From assembly GCA_038087875.1 (NCBI GenBank), contig CM075978.1, positions 164,205,802 to 164,240,000 of the forward strand: 34,199 bases of DNA, written 5' to 3'. The notes under the pieces are model-generated. The model was not told where the DNA came from. It did not search any database and saw nothing but the letters and a program-made list of their open reading frames with translations. The position numbers were made by a program, and so were the translations under genes. This document shows, piece by piece, positions 33,151 through 34,199 of the stretch; the first letter of the stretch is position 1, and every line of letters begins with the position of its first letter. The DNA is from Malacoraja senta (taxonomy: Eukaryota).

Positions 33151-33225
33151 TCTCTGAAGAAGGGTCTCAACCCAAAAACGTCACCCATTCCTTCTCTCCA
33201 GAGTTACTCCAGAATGTTGTGTCCA
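33151..33225 (+). mobile_element. Hammerhead-type repeat, core mutated
   Basis: CTGAAGAAGGGTCTCAACCCAAAAACGTCACCC (GAAA lost). Confidence 0.6.
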
Positions 33226-33324
33226 TGTTCCTACACACAACAAATGACTTCAGGAAGGTGGACCCCATAATGGCCTATTGTTGGCTGGGGGAGGTGTGAT
33301 GACAAGAGGGATACCAGGAAGCCC

Positions 33325-33512
33325 CAGAAGGCTGTGGAGGCCAAGTCAATATTTTTATGGCAGAGATAGAATTCTTGATTAGTACGGGTGTCAGGGGTTA
33401 TGGGGAGAAGGCAGGAGAATAGGGTTAGGAGGGAGAGATAGATCAGCCATAATTGAATGGCGGAGCAGACTTGATGGGCCAAATGGCCGAATTCTGCTCC
33501 TATCACTTATGA
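33325..33512 (+). mobile_element. CR1/HER1 3' tail
   Basis: GATCAGCCATAATTGAATGGCGGAGCAGACTTGATGGGCCAAATGGCCGAATTCTGCTCCTAT. Confidence 0.8.
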
Positions 33513-33674
33513 CCTTAAGCGCCGTGTTGCAAGCTTCCCAGGGGAAATATGTGGCCTCATTCTTGCTGTTCTTGCATCCCAACTCCATGCACCTCTCCCA
33601 CATGGCTCCACATCTCCCTCCTCACCTGGTCCCACCAACCGCCTGCCTGCCTGCCAGCCAGCCCCTGCCCCCTC

Positions 33675-34199
33675 ACTCACCTTTATACTTGCTCCCTCGC
33701 CTCCACATTCGGTCCTGGTGGAGAGTTTCGCCCCAAAAGGCCAGCCATGTCCCTCTGTCCTCCACATACGCCGCCTGACCCTCTCCTCCAGCTCCAGTAC
33801 TCAGCGCCGCGCCTCAAACTTCCGACCCACTTACTACCATCAACCCGCCTCTCGCCCAACTGAAACCGCAGTCCACCTTGTACAGTGACTCAAAAATGAT
33901 TCATTTACGATTTGGCCCACTGGGCCAATTGAATATTTCGTCTTAGTACATAAATGTTGGCAGACGGAGCGTGTGTGATTGGTGGGGCCTGGATCAAAGA
34001 TGGAGCGGGCGCCGGTGCTGCCCTAATCCAAGATGGCGAAGGGTCAATTGACGCTCCCTTGATTAGAAGGTGAGGTGGGTTGCGCAGCCCTCATCAAAGA
34101 TGGCGCAGGGACAACTGACGCTGCCTTGATTGAAGGCGGGGTGAGGACGATGGCCGTCGCTGCGCACCTGGCGCAGCCCTCATCAAAGTTGGCGAGGCG
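33675..34199 (-). promoter_or_regulatory. SDR42E1: CpG-rich promoter and probable non-coding exon 1 of SDR42E1
   Basis: GC/CpG-rich; consensus donor AAG|GTGAGT (minus strand, exon end 33681); ETS CGGAAGT 33818-33824; TGACTCA 33886-33892; CCAAT 33925 and 33978; YY1-type AAGATGGCG repeats. Confidence 0.65.

Noticed and set aside
34020-34199. CRISPR-like repeat-spacer array
   Set aside because: Eukaryotic context, degenerate whole-unit duplication, no cas genes

Overview
Vertebrate genomic DNA, very probably a cartilaginous fish (skate/ray-type HE1 V-SINEs, CR1/HER1 LINEs, Deu-SINE). It holds two tail-to-tail genes. One is the last four coding exons and long 3' UTR of PLCG2 (+ strand; exons 4252-4426, 11928-12016, 14225-14454, 19076-19121). 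The other is a complete SDR42E1 (- strand; CDS 31211-31138 + 30587-29489, 390 aa) with a CpG-rich promoter at the right edge. The rest is transposon-rich. The most striking structure is a nested insertion in a PLCG2 intron: a TIR element (7-bp TSD, duplicated right half) contains a 3.4-kb non-autonomous Harbinger (TAA TSD, 7757-11170). This Harbinger has no transposase. It carries a captured ~600-codon host-gene fragment resembling the mucin-like middle of IGSF10, itself split by a retroposon. Several short repeats carry minimal hammerhead-ribozyme cores. Gene and family assignments come from recalled sequences, not database searches, and repeat boundaries without TSDs are approximate.
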